A stretch of DNA of 64,000 bases, taken from assembly GCA_037446155.1 (NCBI GenBank), contig JBBIJE010000013.1, forward strand, positions 17,008 to 81,007, read 5' to 3'. This document shows, piece after piece, positions 10,281 through 20,384 of the stretch. The notes under the pieces are model-generated. The model ran no database searches. It saw only the letters and a list, made by a program, of their open reading frames with translations, and was not told the DNA's origin. The stretch comes from Myxococcales bacterium (GTDB lineage: Bacteria > Desulfobacterota > Binatia > UTPRO1 > JBBIJE01). The position numbers were made by a program, and so were the translations under genes. Each line of letters opens with the position of its first letter. Within the stretch, counting starts at the first letter, position 1.

Positions 10281-11566
10281 CGGAAAAAATTCTCGCCCGC
10301 GCAAGCGGTAAAAGGCGCGTCGAGCCGGGCGAGAACATTTGGGTCAGCGTCAATGTCTTGATGACGCACGATGTGTGCGGCCCGGGCACGATCGGCATTT
10401 TTAAACGAGAGTTCGGGGAGCATGCCAGGGTGTGGGATCCGGAAAAAGTCGTGATCATTCCCGATCACTTTATCTTTACCTCCGACGAAAAATGCCATCG
10501 AAACGTGGACATCCTCCGCCAATTCGCGGCGGAGCAGGGGATCAGGCATTTTTACGACGTGGGCACGCCGCGCTACAAGGGCGTATGCCACATAGCATTG
10601 GCCGAGGAGGGGCACACGCGCCCCGGCGAAGTGCTCTTCGGAACCGACTCCCACACCTGCACCGCCGGCGCCTTCGGCCAGTTCGCCACCGGTATAGGTA
10701 ACACCGACGCGGCCTTCATCCTCGGCACGGGCAAGCTCTTGATCAAGGTCCCACCCACGATGCGCTTCGTGCTCGAGGGGGAAATTCCACCTCACGTTCT
10801 GGCCAAGGATGTGGTGCTTCGGGTGATCGGGGACATCGGCGTGGATGGTGCCACGTACCGTGCGATGGAGTTCGCCGGAGAAGGGGTCGAGCGGCTCGCG
10901 ATGGAAGAGAGGATGACGCTGGCGAACATGGCCGTGGAAGCCGGGGCCAAGAACGGGATCATCGCAGCCGACGATGTCACGGTGGAGTATTTGAGCGGGC
11001 GCGCGCGGGGACCTTTCGAGCTCGTCAAGGGGGACGACGGAGCGAGGTTCGAAAGGGAGCGGGTGTACCGGGCCGGCTCGCTCGAGCCGGTCGTGGCCAA
11101 GCCGCACTCCCCCGATAACGTCGTGGCGGTACGCGAGGTGGCGGGAACGAGGCTTACGAGGGCGTACATCGGCTCCTGCACGGGGGGAAAGCTCAGCGAC
11201 TTTAGGCGGGCGGCGGAGATTCTCTGCGGCAGGCAGGTGGCCATAGATACCTTCGTGGTGCCGGCTACTACGGAAGTGGCGCGCGCTCTCGAGACGACCA
11301 GGGTGAACGGCAAAACGCTCGTTCGGGTATTCGAGGAGGCGGGCTGCCGACTGTCGAAAGGCGCCTCCTGCGCGGCGTGTCTGGGCGGGCCCGCCGATAC
11401 CTTCGGGCGCATAAACGGCCCCGAGGTATGCATTTCCACGACCAACCGCAACTTCCCCGGGCGCATGGGCTCCAAGGAGGGACAGATCTACCTGGCTTCC
11501 CCCTACACGGTCGCCGCTTCGGCGCTGCGGGGTGCCATCACCGACCCCCGGGAGTTTCTGGCGTGA
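10265..11566 (+). CDS. leuC: 3-isopropylmalate dehydratase large subunit (short, archaeal/HacA-like type)
   Basis: MALTITEKILA..., GTDSHT, aconitase-family cysteines (GSCTGG, CAAC). Confidence 0.92.
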   Translation: MALTITEKILARASGKRRVEPGENIWVSVNVLMTHDVCGPGTIGIFKREFGEHARVWDPEKVVIIPDHFIFTSDEKCHRNVDILRQFAAEQGIRHFYDVGTPRYKGVCHIALAEEGHTRPGEVLFGTDSHTCTAGAFGQFATGIGNTDAAFILGTGKLLIKVPPTMRFVLEGEIPPHVLAKDVVLRVIGDIGVDGATYRAMEFAGEGVERLAMEERMTLANMAVEAGAKNGIIAADDVTVEYLSGRARGPFELVKGDDGARFERERVYRAGSLEPVVAKPHSPDNVVAVREVAGTRLTRAYIGSCTGGKLSDFRRAAEILCGRQVAIDTFVVPATTEVARALETTRVNGKTLVRVFEEAGCRLSKGASCAACLGGPADTFGRINGPEVCISTTNRNFPGRMGSKEGQIYLASPYTVAASALRGAITDPREFLA

Positions 11567-12129
11567 GGGGCAAGTTTCGGGAGCGGACGCGCCGGCGGGT
11601 GTTCGTGCTGGGAGATAACATCGATACCGACCAGATCATCCCGGCCAAACACCTGAACCTCGTTCCCACGATCCCCGAGGAATACGAGAAGCTCGGAAGC
11701 TACGCGCTTTCCGGGCTGCCCGACGGATCGCCGAGGTTCGTCCGCGAGGGGGAGGCGCGATCGCAATACGGGATCGTGGTAGCCGGCAAGAACTTCGGGT
11801 GCGGTTCCTCGCGCGAGCACGCGCCGATCGCGCTGGGGGCGGCTGGGGTGGAGGCGGTGGTGGCGGAATCCTTTGCCAGGATTTTCTTTCGCAATGCCGT
11901 GGCCACGGGCGAGCTTTACCCGATCGAGTCCTGCAAGCCGCTTGCGGAAGAGTTCGAGACGGGAGACGAAGCCGAGTTGTATATCGGCTGCGGGCGGATC
12001 ACGAACTTGAGAACGGGCCGGACCTTCGAGCTAAAGCCTTTGGGGGATGCGGCGGCGGTGATCGCGGCCGGGGGGCTGTTCGCATACGCGCGCCAGACCG
12101 GGATGATCGGCGGCGGGAAGAGGGATTGA
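11563..12129 (+). CDS. leuD: 3-isopropylmalate dehydratase small subunit
   Basis: [16 protein letters not shown]..., [14 protein letters not shown]. The GTG overlaps the leuC stop as GTGA. Confidence 0.9.
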   Translation: MRGKFRERTRRRVFVLGDNIDTDQIIPAKHLNLVPTIPEEYEKLGSYALSGLPDGSPRFVREGEARSQYGIVVAGKNFGCGSSREHAPIALGAAGVEAVVAESFARIFFRNAVATGELYPIESCKPLAEEFETGDEAELYIGCGRITNLRTGRTFELKPLGDAAAVIAAGGLFAYARQTGMIGGGKRD

Positions 12130-13235
12130 AGTACCGGATTCTCAGGCTTCCCGGCGACGGGATCGGGCCGGAGGTGGTCGCCCAGGCGGTGTCGGTCCTG
12201 GAAGAGGCGGGGCGGCTTTTCCGGTTCTCGCTCGACTGGTCCGAGGCGGAGGTCGGCGGGATCGCCATAGAGAAGTACGGTAAACCTCTTCCCGACGGCG
12301 TGCTCGAGCAGGCCGCGAGTTCGCACGCCGTGCTCCTGGGCGCGGTGGGAGGCCCCAAGTGGGACGATCCCCGCGCCGCCGTGAGGCCGGAGCAGGCTCT
12401 GCTGGGGCTGCGCAAAGGTCTTGGGCTTTTCGCCAATCTTCGGCCGGTCAAGGTGATTCCCGGTCTCGCTTCGGCTTCGCCCATCCGCCCCGAGCTTCTC
12501 TCGGGGGTGGACCTCGTCGTAGTCAGAGAGCTCACCGGTGGTATCTATTTCGGGGAGCCAAGCGAGCTCAGGCAAGGCCCCGAAGGCCGGAGCGCCGTGG
12601 ATACGCTTAGCTACGACGAGCGGGAGATCGCCCGCGTCTTGCGCCAGGGATTCGAGCTCGCTCGCAAGCGCCGTCGCAAGCTTTCGTCGGTCGACAAGGC
12701 GAACATACTGGCAAGCTCGCGGCTTTGGCGGGAGGTCGCGCACGAAATCGCGCGGGAGTACCCGGATGTGGAGTACGAGGATATTCTCGTGGACGCGATG
12801 GCGATGCACCTTCTTCGCCGCCCGCGCGACTTCGACGTGATCGTGACCGAGAACATGTTCGGGGACATCTTGACGGACGAGGCATCGATGCTGGCGGGCT
12901 CTTTGGGGATGTTGCCCTCGGCCTCGCTCGGGGCGAAGGCTACGGCCGCGGGTGGCAACTTCGGGCTCTACGAGCCGATTCACGGCAGCGCGCCCGATAT
13001 CGCCGGGCGCGACCTCGCCAACCCGCTCGGAACCATCCTTTCCGCGGCGCTCATGCTGCGCCACTCGCTTGCCCAAGAGGGAGCCGCACGGGCCATAGAG
13101 CGGGCGGTGGAAAATGTGATCGAGGGGGGAAAGCGAACGGCAGATATCATGGCCCAAGGGTGTAGCCAGGTGGGCTGCGGCGCGATGGGCCGGCTCGTGC
13201 GAGAGGAGCTAAAGAGGGTGGCCAGGGGAAGCTAG
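12126..13235 (+). CDS. leuB: 3-isopropylmalate dehydrogenase
   Basis: [16 protein letters not shown]..., [38 protein letters not shown]. Likely TTG start overlapping the leuD stop. Confidence 0.92.
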   Translation: MKYRILRLPGDGIGPEVVAQAVSVLEEAGRLFRFSLDWSEAEVGGIAIEKYGKPLPDGVLEQAASSHAVLLGAVGGPKWDDPRAAVRPEQALLGLRKGLGLFANLRPVKVIPGLASASPIRPELLSGVDLVVVRELTGGIYFGEPSELRQGPEGRSAVDTLSYDEREIARVLRQGFELARKRRRKLSSVDKANILASSRLWREVAHEIAREYPDVEYEDILVDAMAMHLLRRPRDFDVIVTENMFGDILTDEASMLAGSLGMLPSASLGAKATAAGGNFGLYEPIHGSAPDIAGRDLANPLGTILSAALMLRHSLAQEGAARAIERAVENVIEGGKRTADIMAQGCSQVGCGAMGRLVREELKRVARGS

Positions 13236-13318
13236 CGGCATGCTCCCCAAGGGATGGGCATTTTCGGTTGGGGGGCGCGCCGGGGCCCCGAGTCGGCACG
13301 CGTGCTGAGAGAGGAACC

Positions 13319-14347
13319 TTGCGGAGCGAGGGTTATTCGGTTGCGGTGGTAGGAGCTACCGGCACGGTCGGGCGCGAGGTCGCAACGATCCTCGCGGAGC
13401 GCCATTTCCCGGTCCGCCGGATAAAGTTTTTGGCCTCCGAGCGCTCGCTCGGCGAGACGGGATCTTTCGGTGGCGAGGACTACCCCGTGGAGGCCGCGGG
13501 GGAGCAAAGCTTCGCGGGCGTCGACCTGGCTTTCTTTTGCGCCGACGCCCGAGTATCGGAGCGACTTGCGCCTGCCGCCGCCGCGGCCGGCGCGGTAGTA
13601 ATAGACACTAGCTGGCGATTTCGCGACGATCCCGACGTGCCGCTCGTCGTGCCCGAGGTAAACGCATTCGCGATCGCGCAGTTTCGCGCACGCCGCATCA
13701 TAGCTAGCCCCGCCTCGGCGGCGCTCGTGCTTGCCGTGGTGCTCCACCCGCTCGATCTTGCGGCGACGGTGGTGCGTGTGGTGGCGTCGAGCTACCACGC
13801 GGCCTCGGGCGGGGGGAGGCGGGGGATCGAGGACTTGAGCCGGCAGACCACGGCGCTCATGGCGGGTGGGGAGCTCGATTTGGAAGGGGCCCTTTTCCCG
13901 CGCCGCTTGGCGTTCAATTGCATCCCGGAGATCGGAGAGGTGGAGGAAGACGGCCAGACAAGGGAGGAGAGTCGCCTGTGCCGGGAGACGCTACGGATCC
14001 TCGGGCGCCAAGACCTGAGGCTGGCCGTCACCTGCGTTCAAGTGCCGATCTTTTTCGTGCATTCTCTCGCGGTCTGGGTCGAGACGCGAAGGAGGCTTGC
14101 TCCGGAGGAGGCGCGGGATATTCTGCGGCAGGCGCCGGGGATCGTTCTTTGCGACGAGAAAAGCGGTATCGCTTACCCTACCCCTGCGGAGGTGGCGGGC
14201 ACCGATGCGACCTACGTCGGGCGGGTGCGCGCTGACCGCTCTGGGGCCAATGCTCTTCTCATGTGGATCGCCGTCGATAACGTGCGCAAGGGAGCGGCGC
14301 TCAATGCGGTGCAGATAGCCGAGATCCTCGTTCGCGATCATCTTTAG
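13319..14347 (+). CDS. asd: aspartate-semialdehyde dehydrogenase
   Basis: VAVVGATGTVGRE Rossmann motif and Asd-like C-terminus VDNVRKGAALNAVQIAE. The TTG at 13319 is preceded by GAGAGAGGAA. The longest ORF starts at 13268, so the start is uncertain. Confidence 0.88.
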   Translation: MRSEGYSVAVVGATGTVGREVATILAERHFPVRRIKFLASERSLGETGSFGGEDYPVEAAGEQSFAGVDLAFFCADARVSERLAPAAAAAGAVVIDTSWRFRDDPDVPLVVPEVNAFAIAQFRARRIIASPASAALVLAVVLHPLDLAATVVRVVASSYHAASGGGRRGIEDLSRQTTALMAGGELDLEGALFPRRLAFNCIPEIGEVEEDGQTREESRLCRETLRILGRQDLRLAVTCVQVPIFFVHSLAVWVETRRRLAPEEARDILRQAPGIVLCDEKSGIAYPTPAEVAGTDATYVGRVRADRSGANALLMWIAVDNVRKGAALNAVQIAEILVRDHL

Positions 14348-14363
14348 TCGGCCTGGGCGGGCG

Positions 14364-15104
14364 GTGGCCAGGTACAAGATAGAGATCGAATACGACGGAG
14401 GGGCATACGGCGGCTGGCAATTGCAGCCGAACGCCGAGACGGTTCAGGGTGCGCTGGAGCGAGCCCTGGCTACGATACTTCGCTCGCCGGTGAGAGTGTC
14501 GGGCGCGGGCCGGACCGATGCGGGCGTGCACGCGCTCGGGCAGGTGGCAAGTTTTTCCACTGCGGCTGCGGTCGATCGCGCGGGGTTACTGGAGAGCTTG
14601 AACGCGCTTCTTCGGCCGAACGCCGCGGTTCATTCGATAGATTGTGTGGCCGAGGACTTCGATCCGAGAAGAGACGCGCTCTCTCGTCTTTACGAATATC
14701 GGATCTGGAACGAGCGCTGGCACTCTCCGTTTTGGCGGAAGTACTCCTGGCATGTGCGCAGGCCGCTCGACGTCGCCGCCATGTCCCTGGCGGCCGAGTC
14801 GCTTCTCGGGGAGCACGACTTCTCGGCGTTTCGCGCCGCGGGCTGCGAGTCGGCGAGCGCCGTGCGGCGCGTGCTGAGAAGCGAACTCGAGGTTTGGGGC
14901 GGCTTTCGCATCTACCGCATCGAGGCGAACGCGTTCGTGCGGGGCATGGTACGGAGCATCGTCGGCACGCTGGTCAAGGTGGGGCTAGGGGAGATGGACG
15001 CACGAGAATTCGCCGATGTGCTCGCAAGCCGAAGGCGAGAGTGCGCCGGTCCCACGGCACCCGCCCACGGGCTCTTTCTCGTGAGCGTGCGCTACCGAGA
15101 GTAA
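14364..15104 (+). CDS. truA: tRNA pseudouridine(38-40) synthase
   Basis: YKIEIEYDGGAYGGWQLQPN and the catalytic motif GAGRTDAGVHALGQV. Confidence 0.92.
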   Translation: MARYKIEIEYDGGAYGGWQLQPNAETVQGALERALATILRSPVRVSGAGRTDAGVHALGQVASFSTAAAVDRAGLLESLNALLRPNAAVHSIDCVAEDFDPRRDALSRLYEYRIWNERWHSPFWRKYSWHVRRPLDVAAMSLAAESLLGEHDFSAFRAAGCESASAVRRVLRSELEVWGGFRIYRIEANAFVRGMVRSIVGTLVKVGLGEMDAREFADVLASRRRECAGPTAPAHGLFLVSVRYRE

Positions 15105-15114
15105 GCCCCCTCTG

Positions 15115-16926
15115 TTAGAATCCGCGCCTTGCGGCACGTTCCGCCTGGCGGCTCGTTATCAGGTTTCGCCGCGCGATCCGCCGGTAGAAGCGCGCGCTGC
15201 GTCTGCGTCTTTCGAACTCGCCGCTTGAGGGATCGACGCTGTAGAGGCCAAACTTAGCCGCGTATCCCCGGTTCCACTCGTAGTTGTCGAAGAGCGACCA
15301 GTGGAAATAGCCGCGCACGTCTGCCACCCCGTCCCGTATGGCCCGCGCCACGTTGTAGAGATGGAGGATCAGATACTGGCCGCGCTGGTCGTCGTCTGCA
15401 TCGGCGATGCCGTTCTCGGTAACATAAACCGGAAGACCGTAGTCACCGGCGATGGCGAGGGCCTTGCCGATCCCGGCCGGATAAATCTCGGAGCCGATTT
15501 CCGAGCAGTGCCGCCCGAGGGGGCAGGGCAGCGGGGCGTCGGGATTGAGCGGCGCCTGATACTCGAGAAGGGGGGCGAAGTCGAAAAGAGGAATGGTCGG
15601 AGTCACCGGGCCGCCGAGGCTCAGGGCCTGCGCCCGCTGGTAGTAATTTAGCCCGACGAAATCCATTTTGCCCTCGTACTCGACACGGTGCTCCCCCGGA
15701 TCGATCACCCCGTCGAGATTCGAATCGACGTCGCCCAAGATGGTGGCGTTGAGGTAGACTCGGTTGAAAAGGTAATTGGCGTGGTCGGCGGCGATCCGAT
15801 CCGCCTCGCTAGAGATCAAGAAGGGCTCGAACACGGGCATGTTCTTTACCACGCCCGCCAAAGCTGCCTGCCCGTCCTGGTCGGCATCCTCGCCGTCCCA
15901 AGCCTTGATCGCGTCGTAGGCTCGCACGTGCCCCTCCATCTGGTTCAGCACGACGGCTCGAAGCGCCGAAAAGCTGAGTATCCCCGGCGGAAAGTAGGAT
16001 GCGATCCCCTCGGCGTTCAGAAACCCAGAGGTAGCCACCACCATGGGCTCGTTGATGGTCGCCCAAAGGTCGACTCGGTCGCCGAGTTTCCAGGCCGCGT
16101 AGGCGGCAAACTTCTCGAACTCCACGGCCGTTGCGGCGTCGATCCACCCTGCTGGAGGACGCGGGCTTGGAATGGGATCGTCTGGCCCCAAGCCGGCGAA
16201 GGCGGCCCGCACTCCGATCGGGTCGTGAATCCAGGTGGGCAGGGTAAAGTGGAGAAGTGTCACCATGGGGGTGATCCCCGCTTCTCTCAGCGCATCGAGA
16301 ATCTCGAGGTAGCGGCTTACGGCACCTTGGTCGGCCAGGGCATCCAGGGCGTAGAGCGTTGCGAGCGTTATTCCGCCGCTCGTGTCGACACCCGCCGTCG
16401 AGGTAGGGAAGATACGACTCCACTCTATCGACAGGCGAAGGGAATTGTTGCGAAGGCTGCGGGTGATGATCGGGATGAGAAGCGGGTAGCGGTCGAAGAA
16501 CCCGGGGCCATCCTCGGGCAGGTCGCCGCTCACTATCCCGTTTGCGAGATTGCCCGGATCGTGGACCCACACGAACCAATCCGTGTTGGGATCCAAACTT
16601 GCGGGATTGGCGCCCATCTCCGTTTGAAAGCCGCTTATCGCCGTCCCCCAGAGAAAGCCCTGCGGGAAATAGAGCCGCTCGATGGCCGAAGCGCGACCGG
16701 GGAGAAAGGTGAGAAGGAGGGTGACGAGCGCCCCGGATCCCAGGATCTTCCGCGCCAATCCGAGGGCTTGCGGCTCCCTTCCCGCCGGCAAACACGCAGG
16801 CGACGACGGCGCGAGGCCGTCGGGTTTGGCTACCGCCCCAGCCCTCCCTGGTTCGGCGAAGCCTGCGCTCCCCTCGAGAGTGGCAGATGGGCTTGCGGTT
16901 TCACGCAGAGAGTGAATTCGGCACAT
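15115..16926 (-). CDS. glycoside hydrolase family 1 (beta-glucosidase-like), secreted
   Basis: FPQGFLWGTAISGFQTE, TINEP acid/base motif and VYVTENGIAD nucleophile motif. A hydrophobic signal-like segment LGSGALVTLLLTFLPGRASA precedes the domain. True start may be internal, for example TTG at 16758. Confidence 0.85.
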   Translation of the reverse strand: MCRIHSLRETASPSATLEGSAGFAEPGRAGAVAKPDGLAPSSPACLPAGREPQALGLARKILGSGALVTLLLTFLPGRASAIERLYFPQGFLWGTAISGFQTEMGANPASLDPNTDWFVWVHDPGNLANGIVSGDLPEDGPGFFDRYPLLIPIITRSLRNNSLRLSIEWSRIFPTSTAGVDTSGGITLATLYALDALADQGAVSRYLEILDALREAGITPMVTLLHFTLPTWIHDPIGVRAAFAGLGPDDPIPSPRPPAGWIDAATAVEFEKFAAYAAWKLGDRVDLWATINEPMVVATSGFLNAEGIASYFPPGILSFSALRAVVLNQMEGHVRAYDAIKAWDGEDADQDGQAALAGVVKNMPVFEPFLISSEADRIAADHANYLFNRVYLNATILGDVDSNLDGVIDPGEHRVEYEGKMDFVGLNYYQRAQALSLGGPVTPTIPLFDFAPLLEYQAPLNPDAPLPCPLGRHCSEIGSEIYPAGIGKALAIAGDYGLPVYVTENGIADADDDQRGQYLILHLYNVARAIRDGVADVRGYFHWSLFDNYEWNRGYAAKFGLYSVDPSSGEFERRRRSARFYRRIARRNLITSRQAERAARRGF

Positions 16927-17049
16927 TGCTCAACCCTCCTTCCAGGCTTGACCGCAGCGAGCGGGCGACCGCTCCCCAACCCGCAGCGCCTTCTCCCCCA
17001 TAACCCCGCCAATGCTCTCCTGTCAATGAAACCGAACCCAAAGTTTAGA

Positions 17050-17153
17050 TTGGCTGGAGGGCGGCCGTCCCGGCCGCGGAAGCTTGGCTTGGAGCGCGGC
17101 CGTCCCGGCCGCCGAGGGTTGGCTTGGAGGGCGGCCGTCCCGGCCGCGGGGGG
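17050..17153. repeat. three tandem 34-35 bp repeats, each containing a GC hairpin
   Basis: Units lie at 17050-17083, 17084-17118 and 17119-17153 (TTGGCT(T)GGAG.GCGGCCGTCCCGGCCGC......). Each carries the perfect inverted repeat GCGGCCG-TCC-CGGCCGC. Confidence 0.85.
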
Positions 17154-17383
17154 CTCGCTCCCGTGTTGGTGCACCTTACCACCGAGTCCCCTTCTGCCCT
17201 CCAACCCGCGACCAATTCCCATTCCCCGGCCTTGCGGGCCGTCATCGACCGATCGGGCCACGGGCGACTTCGGGGCGGCCCGATCCCAAGGGGAGTCCGA
17301 GCGCTCGTTCCTTTGGCTGTCACGCACCTTTTCGAGCCAGGCCCTGCTTTCCCCCTCCCCTTCGGCAGGGCAGGAACACCGCC

Positions 17384-18802
17384 TCACTTCGGCGGTTTGG
17401 AGCGCGCGGGAGGTTTTGGGGCTTGCACCGCCTTTTCTCTTTTTCGTCTCACCTCGGCCAGCCGCTCCCCGATCTCTCGTTCCCTACCCCTCTCGCTCGG
17501 CTCGTAGTAGCGCACGCCGCGCAGTTTTTCGGGGAGTCCCTCCTGAGGAGCCACGGCGTCATCGAAGCTATGCGGGTAAAGATAACCGGCGCCGTAGCCC
17601 AAGTCCTTCATTAGCGCCGTGGGGGCGTTTCTCAATTCGAGCGGCACCGCAAGCGGCCCCTTTTCCCGCACGTCGGCCTCGGCTGCGAGCATGGCCCGGT
17701 ACGAGGCGTTCGATTTGGGGGCGCATGCGAGGTAAGTGGCCGCCTGCGCCAGTGGTATTTTCCCCTCGGGCAAGCCCACGAAATGGACGGCCTCCTTGGC
17801 GGCCACCGCAAGCGGAAGGGCGTGCGGATCGGCGTTACCTATGTCCTCGGAGGCGAAAATCACCATCCGGCGGGCGATGAACAGGGGATCCTCGCCCGCC
17901 TCGATCATGCGCATCATCCAATATAGGGCGCCGTCCGGATCGCTCGCCCGAAGGCTCTTGATGAAGGCGGAGATCACGTTGTAGTGCTCCTCGCCCGCTT
18001 TGTCGTAAAGAAGCGCCCTGTGCTGTGCGGCTTCCTCTACCATGGCAAGCCCGATCTCTTTGCCACCCGCCCGCCTGGCGATCTCGGCCGCCACTTCGAG
18101 GATGTTGAGCGCGGCGCGCGCATCGCCGTGCGCGCTCTGTTCGATGAACCTCGAGGCATCGGGGGAAAGCCGAAGCCCGAGCATGCCCAGGCCCCGTTCC
18201 GGATCGTTGAGCGCCCGCTCCACGAGCGTGCCGATGTGCTCGGGGGAGAGCGGGTTTAGGACCAGGACGCGGGTTCGCGAAAGCAGTGGGCCTATGACCT
18301 CGAAGGAGGGGTTTTCGGTGGTGGCGCCGATCAGCGTGATGGTGCCATCTTCCACGTGAGGCAAGAAAGCGTCCTGCTGAGCCTTGTTGAACCGGTGGAT
18401 CTCGTCCACGAAGAGAATGGTCTGGCGGCCGAAGGCGCGCCGCTGCTGCTTGGCCTGATCGATTACCGCGCGAAGCTCCTTCACCCCCGACAGAACCGCT
18501 GAAAAAGATATGAAGTGCGCCCCCGTGGCCTCGGCGACGAGCCTCGCTAGCGTGGTTTTTCCGCTGCCGGGCGGTCCCCAAAAGATGATCGAGTGAAGGG
18601 TGCCAGCAGCCACCATCTCGTGGAGCAGCCGCCCTGGGCCGATGAGGTGCTCCTGCCCCACGACCTCTCCAAGCCGCCTGGGCCGCATCCTGTCGGCCAA
18701 AGGCGCCCGCTTGGGCTTTTGGGGGCGCCGAGACTCGCCAAAGAGGCTTCCCGTGTCGCTCTGCTCTACCTTCGACACCGTTTTGCCGCTAGCCGAAAGC
18801 AT
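17384..18802 (-). CDS. rarA: replication-associated recombination protein A (AAA+ ATPase)
   Basis: [19 protein letters not shown], Walker [21 protein letters not shown], and a MgsA C-terminal domain. Confidence 0.92.
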   Translation of the reverse strand: MLSASGKTVSKVEQSDTGSLFGESRRPQKPKRAPLADRMRPRRLGEVVGQEHLIGPGRLLHEMVAAGTLHSIIFWGPPGSGKTTLARLVAEATGAHFISFSAVLSGVKELRAVIDQAKQQRRAFGRQTILFVDEIHRFNKAQQDAFLPHVEDGTITLIGATTENPSFEVIGPLLSRTRVLVLNPLSPEHIGTLVERALNDPERGLGMLGLRLSPDASRFIEQSAHGDARAALNILEVAAEIARRAGGKEIGLAMVEEAAQHRALLYDKAGEEHYNVISAFIKSLRASDPDGALYWMMRMIEAGEDPLFIARRMVIFASEDIGNADPHALPLAVAAKEAVHFVGLPEGKIPLAQAATYLACAPKSNASYRAMLAAEADVREKGPLAVPLELRNAPTALMKDLGYGAGYLYPHSFDDAVAPQEGLPEKLRGVRYYEPSERGREREIGERLAEVRRKREKAVQAPKPPARSKPPK

Positions 18803-18998
18803 AATATGGAACCCTCGGCATTGAAAGCTCGGGCGCTGGGCCCTAGGAGCGGGATGGGAACAGGCCTAGGCATGGCTTCTCGGCAAGAGGTGGCTTTTGC
18901 CCCGCGTTGGGACTAGGTTTAAGACCCTCGGCGGGAGGAAAAGACAGAAGGGGGCGCGCCCGGCGGCGCGCGAGCCCGGGAGTTTGGTGTTTTAGACC

Positions 18999-19862
18999 AT
19001 GGGTCCAATGCGCAGGGTGGGACTAGTGGTAAAGCGGGGCGAGCCTGCGGCCGTCGAGCTTGCGCGCTCGCTCGTTTCTTATCTCTTGGCGCGAGGGTGC
19101 GAGATTCGGGTGGAGAGGGAGATGGCCGGGGCTCTCGGGTGCGAAGAGGGGCTCACCCGGGCCGAGCTCATGCGCGAGGCGGATTTGGTCGTAGTCCTCG
19201 GCGGAGACGGCACGTTGCTTAGCGTGGCGCGGCTTGCGAGCGAGCGGGAGGTGCCGATTTTGGGCGTCAACCTGGGGGGCCTCGGCTTTTTGACGGCAGT
19301 CCAGACGACGGAAGCCACCTCGGCGCTCGATGCCGTTTTGGCGGGCACGTTTACCGTCGATCATCGCCGCACCCTCCAGGGCAGGGTGGTCCGGGCGGAA
19401 AGAAAGGTTCGCGCCTTTCAGGTCCTGAACGAGGCGGCGATCAACAAAGGAGTGCTCGCGCGCATAATCGATCTCGAGACCTGGGTCGATGGCGAGTATC
19501 TGTGCACCTACAAAGCGGACGGCCTCATAGTATCTACGCCAACCGGCTCCACGGCCTATTCGCTCTCCGCCGGAGGGCCGATCGTCGGCCCGGGCATGGG
19601 GGTGATCCTGCTCTCTCCCATCTGCCCCCATACCTTGACCTTTAGGCCCATGGTCCTTCCGAGCGCATCGCGCGTCAAGGTCGTCTTGCGCTGCTCGGAC
19701 GAGGACGTGGTGTTGACCCTAGACGGCCAGGAAGCTGTTCCTCTTACCGACAACGACGTGGTCGAGATCGAGGCTTCCCCTAACCGGGTTGCGCTCCTTC
19801 GTCCCCCGGGGCACAGCTTCTTCTCTCTTTTGAGAACCAAGCTGCGCTGGGGTGAAAGGTAG
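18999..19862 (+). CDS. nadK: NAD+ kinase
   Basis: VVVLGGDGTLL, NLGGLGFL and STPTGSTAYSLSAGGP motifs. Confidence 0.92.
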   Translation: MGPMRRVGLVVKRGEPAAVELARSLVSYLLARGCEIRVEREMAGALGCEEGLTRAELMREADLVVVLGGDGTLLSVARLASEREVPILGVNLGGLGFLTAVQTTEATSALDAVLAGTFTVDHRRTLQGRVVRAERKVRAFQVLNEAAINKGVLARIIDLETWVDGEYLCTYKADGLIVSTPTGSTAYSLSAGGPIVGPGMGVILLSPICPHTLTFRPMVLPSASRVKVVLRCSDEDVVLTLDGQEAVPLTDNDVVEIEASPNRVALLRPPGHSFFSLLRTKLRWGER

Positions 19863-19877
19863 CCCGGCGGGGCTTGG

Positions 19878-19908
19878 AGAGAAAAAGGGCCGGGGAGTTT
19901 TTCCGGCC
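19878..19908 (-). terminator. candidate intrinsic terminator downstream of tRNA-Ala
   Basis: The minus strand reads GGCCGG-AAAAACTCC-CCGGCC followed by CTTTTTCTCT. The T-run is present only on the minus strand. Confidence 0.45.
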
Positions 19909-19973
19909 ACCCTGGCGCATCCGGCGGCAAGGAGCGGGTCGGGCGGCTCGAGGCTCTGGTCGAACCGCCCTAG

Positions 19974-20047
19974 TGGAGCAGAGGGGGATCGAACCCCCGA
20001 CCTCTAGAATGCCATTCTAGCGCTCTCCCAAACTGAGCTACTGCCCC
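19974..20047 (-). tRNA. tRNA-Ala (anticodon GGC)
   Basis: Hand-folded cloverleaf: acceptor GGGGCAG/CTGCTCC with G3:U70, D-arm GCTC/GAGC, anticodon stem CTAGA/TCTAG with loop ATGGCAT, T-arm with GTTCGATC, discriminator A. CCA is not encoded. Confidence 0.9.
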
Positions 20048-20071
20048 AAGCGCCCCGAGATGGGCGCTACC

Positions 20072-20101
20072 TAGATAACCCGCCGGGCGTCGCAATGTCA
20101 A
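20072..20101 (-). promoter_or_regulatory. candidate sigma70 promoter for tRNA-Ala
   Basis: The minus strand has TTGACA (20101-20096), an 18 nt spacer and TATCTA (20077-20072), about 25 nt upstream of the tRNA 5' end. Confidence 0.4.
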
Positions 20102-20309
20102 TTGGCGCATCCCCGACGATACCGGGATCTCCTCTCGGAAGGGGTCCTGTTGCCCGGCCGCTTAGCCCGGCTAGGTCGTGCAGCGGGGGGGACACCAGCA
20201 GAATAGAATCTAGTTTAACGCGAGCATGACGGGGGATCGGCTGGGAACGGGGCGCCTAAAACGCACAGGTCGAGCCTCTTCATCGTTTTAGACCTAAACA
20301 CCTCGGCGG

Positions 20310-20339
20310 TTGACAAGCACGCCTCGATTTTGCATAAAT
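20310..20339 (+). promoter_or_regulatory. candidate sigma70 promoter for the polysaccharide export operon
   Basis: TTGACA (20310-20315), an 18 nt spacer and ATAAAT (20334-20339), about 45 nt upstream of the ATG at 20385. Confidence 0.45.
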
Positions 20340-20384
20340 GCCCAAGGGCTTTGGGTAGTAGTTGCTGACGGGGGAGGTTTGACG

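Noticed and set aside
17050-17153. CRISPR array hypothesis for the tandem repeats here and for clusters at 29775-29843, 33108-33153 and 62875-62935.
   Set aside because: The units are directly abutting with no unique spacers. There are only 2-3 copies, and no cas genes are in the window.
15688-17880. 730 aa plus-strand ORF spanning the GH1 gene, the hairpin repeats and part of rarA.
   Set aside because: It is antisense to two well-supported genes and runs through non-coding repeats. The translation is Arg/Pro-rich with no motifs, so it is a G+C artefact.
19974-20047. tRNA-Ala as the integration site of the downstream 20-63 kb polysaccharide region.
   Set aside because: The tRNA 3' end faces the core gene nadK, not the island. 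I found no direct repeat of the tRNA 3' end downstream, and the export module has native-like composition.
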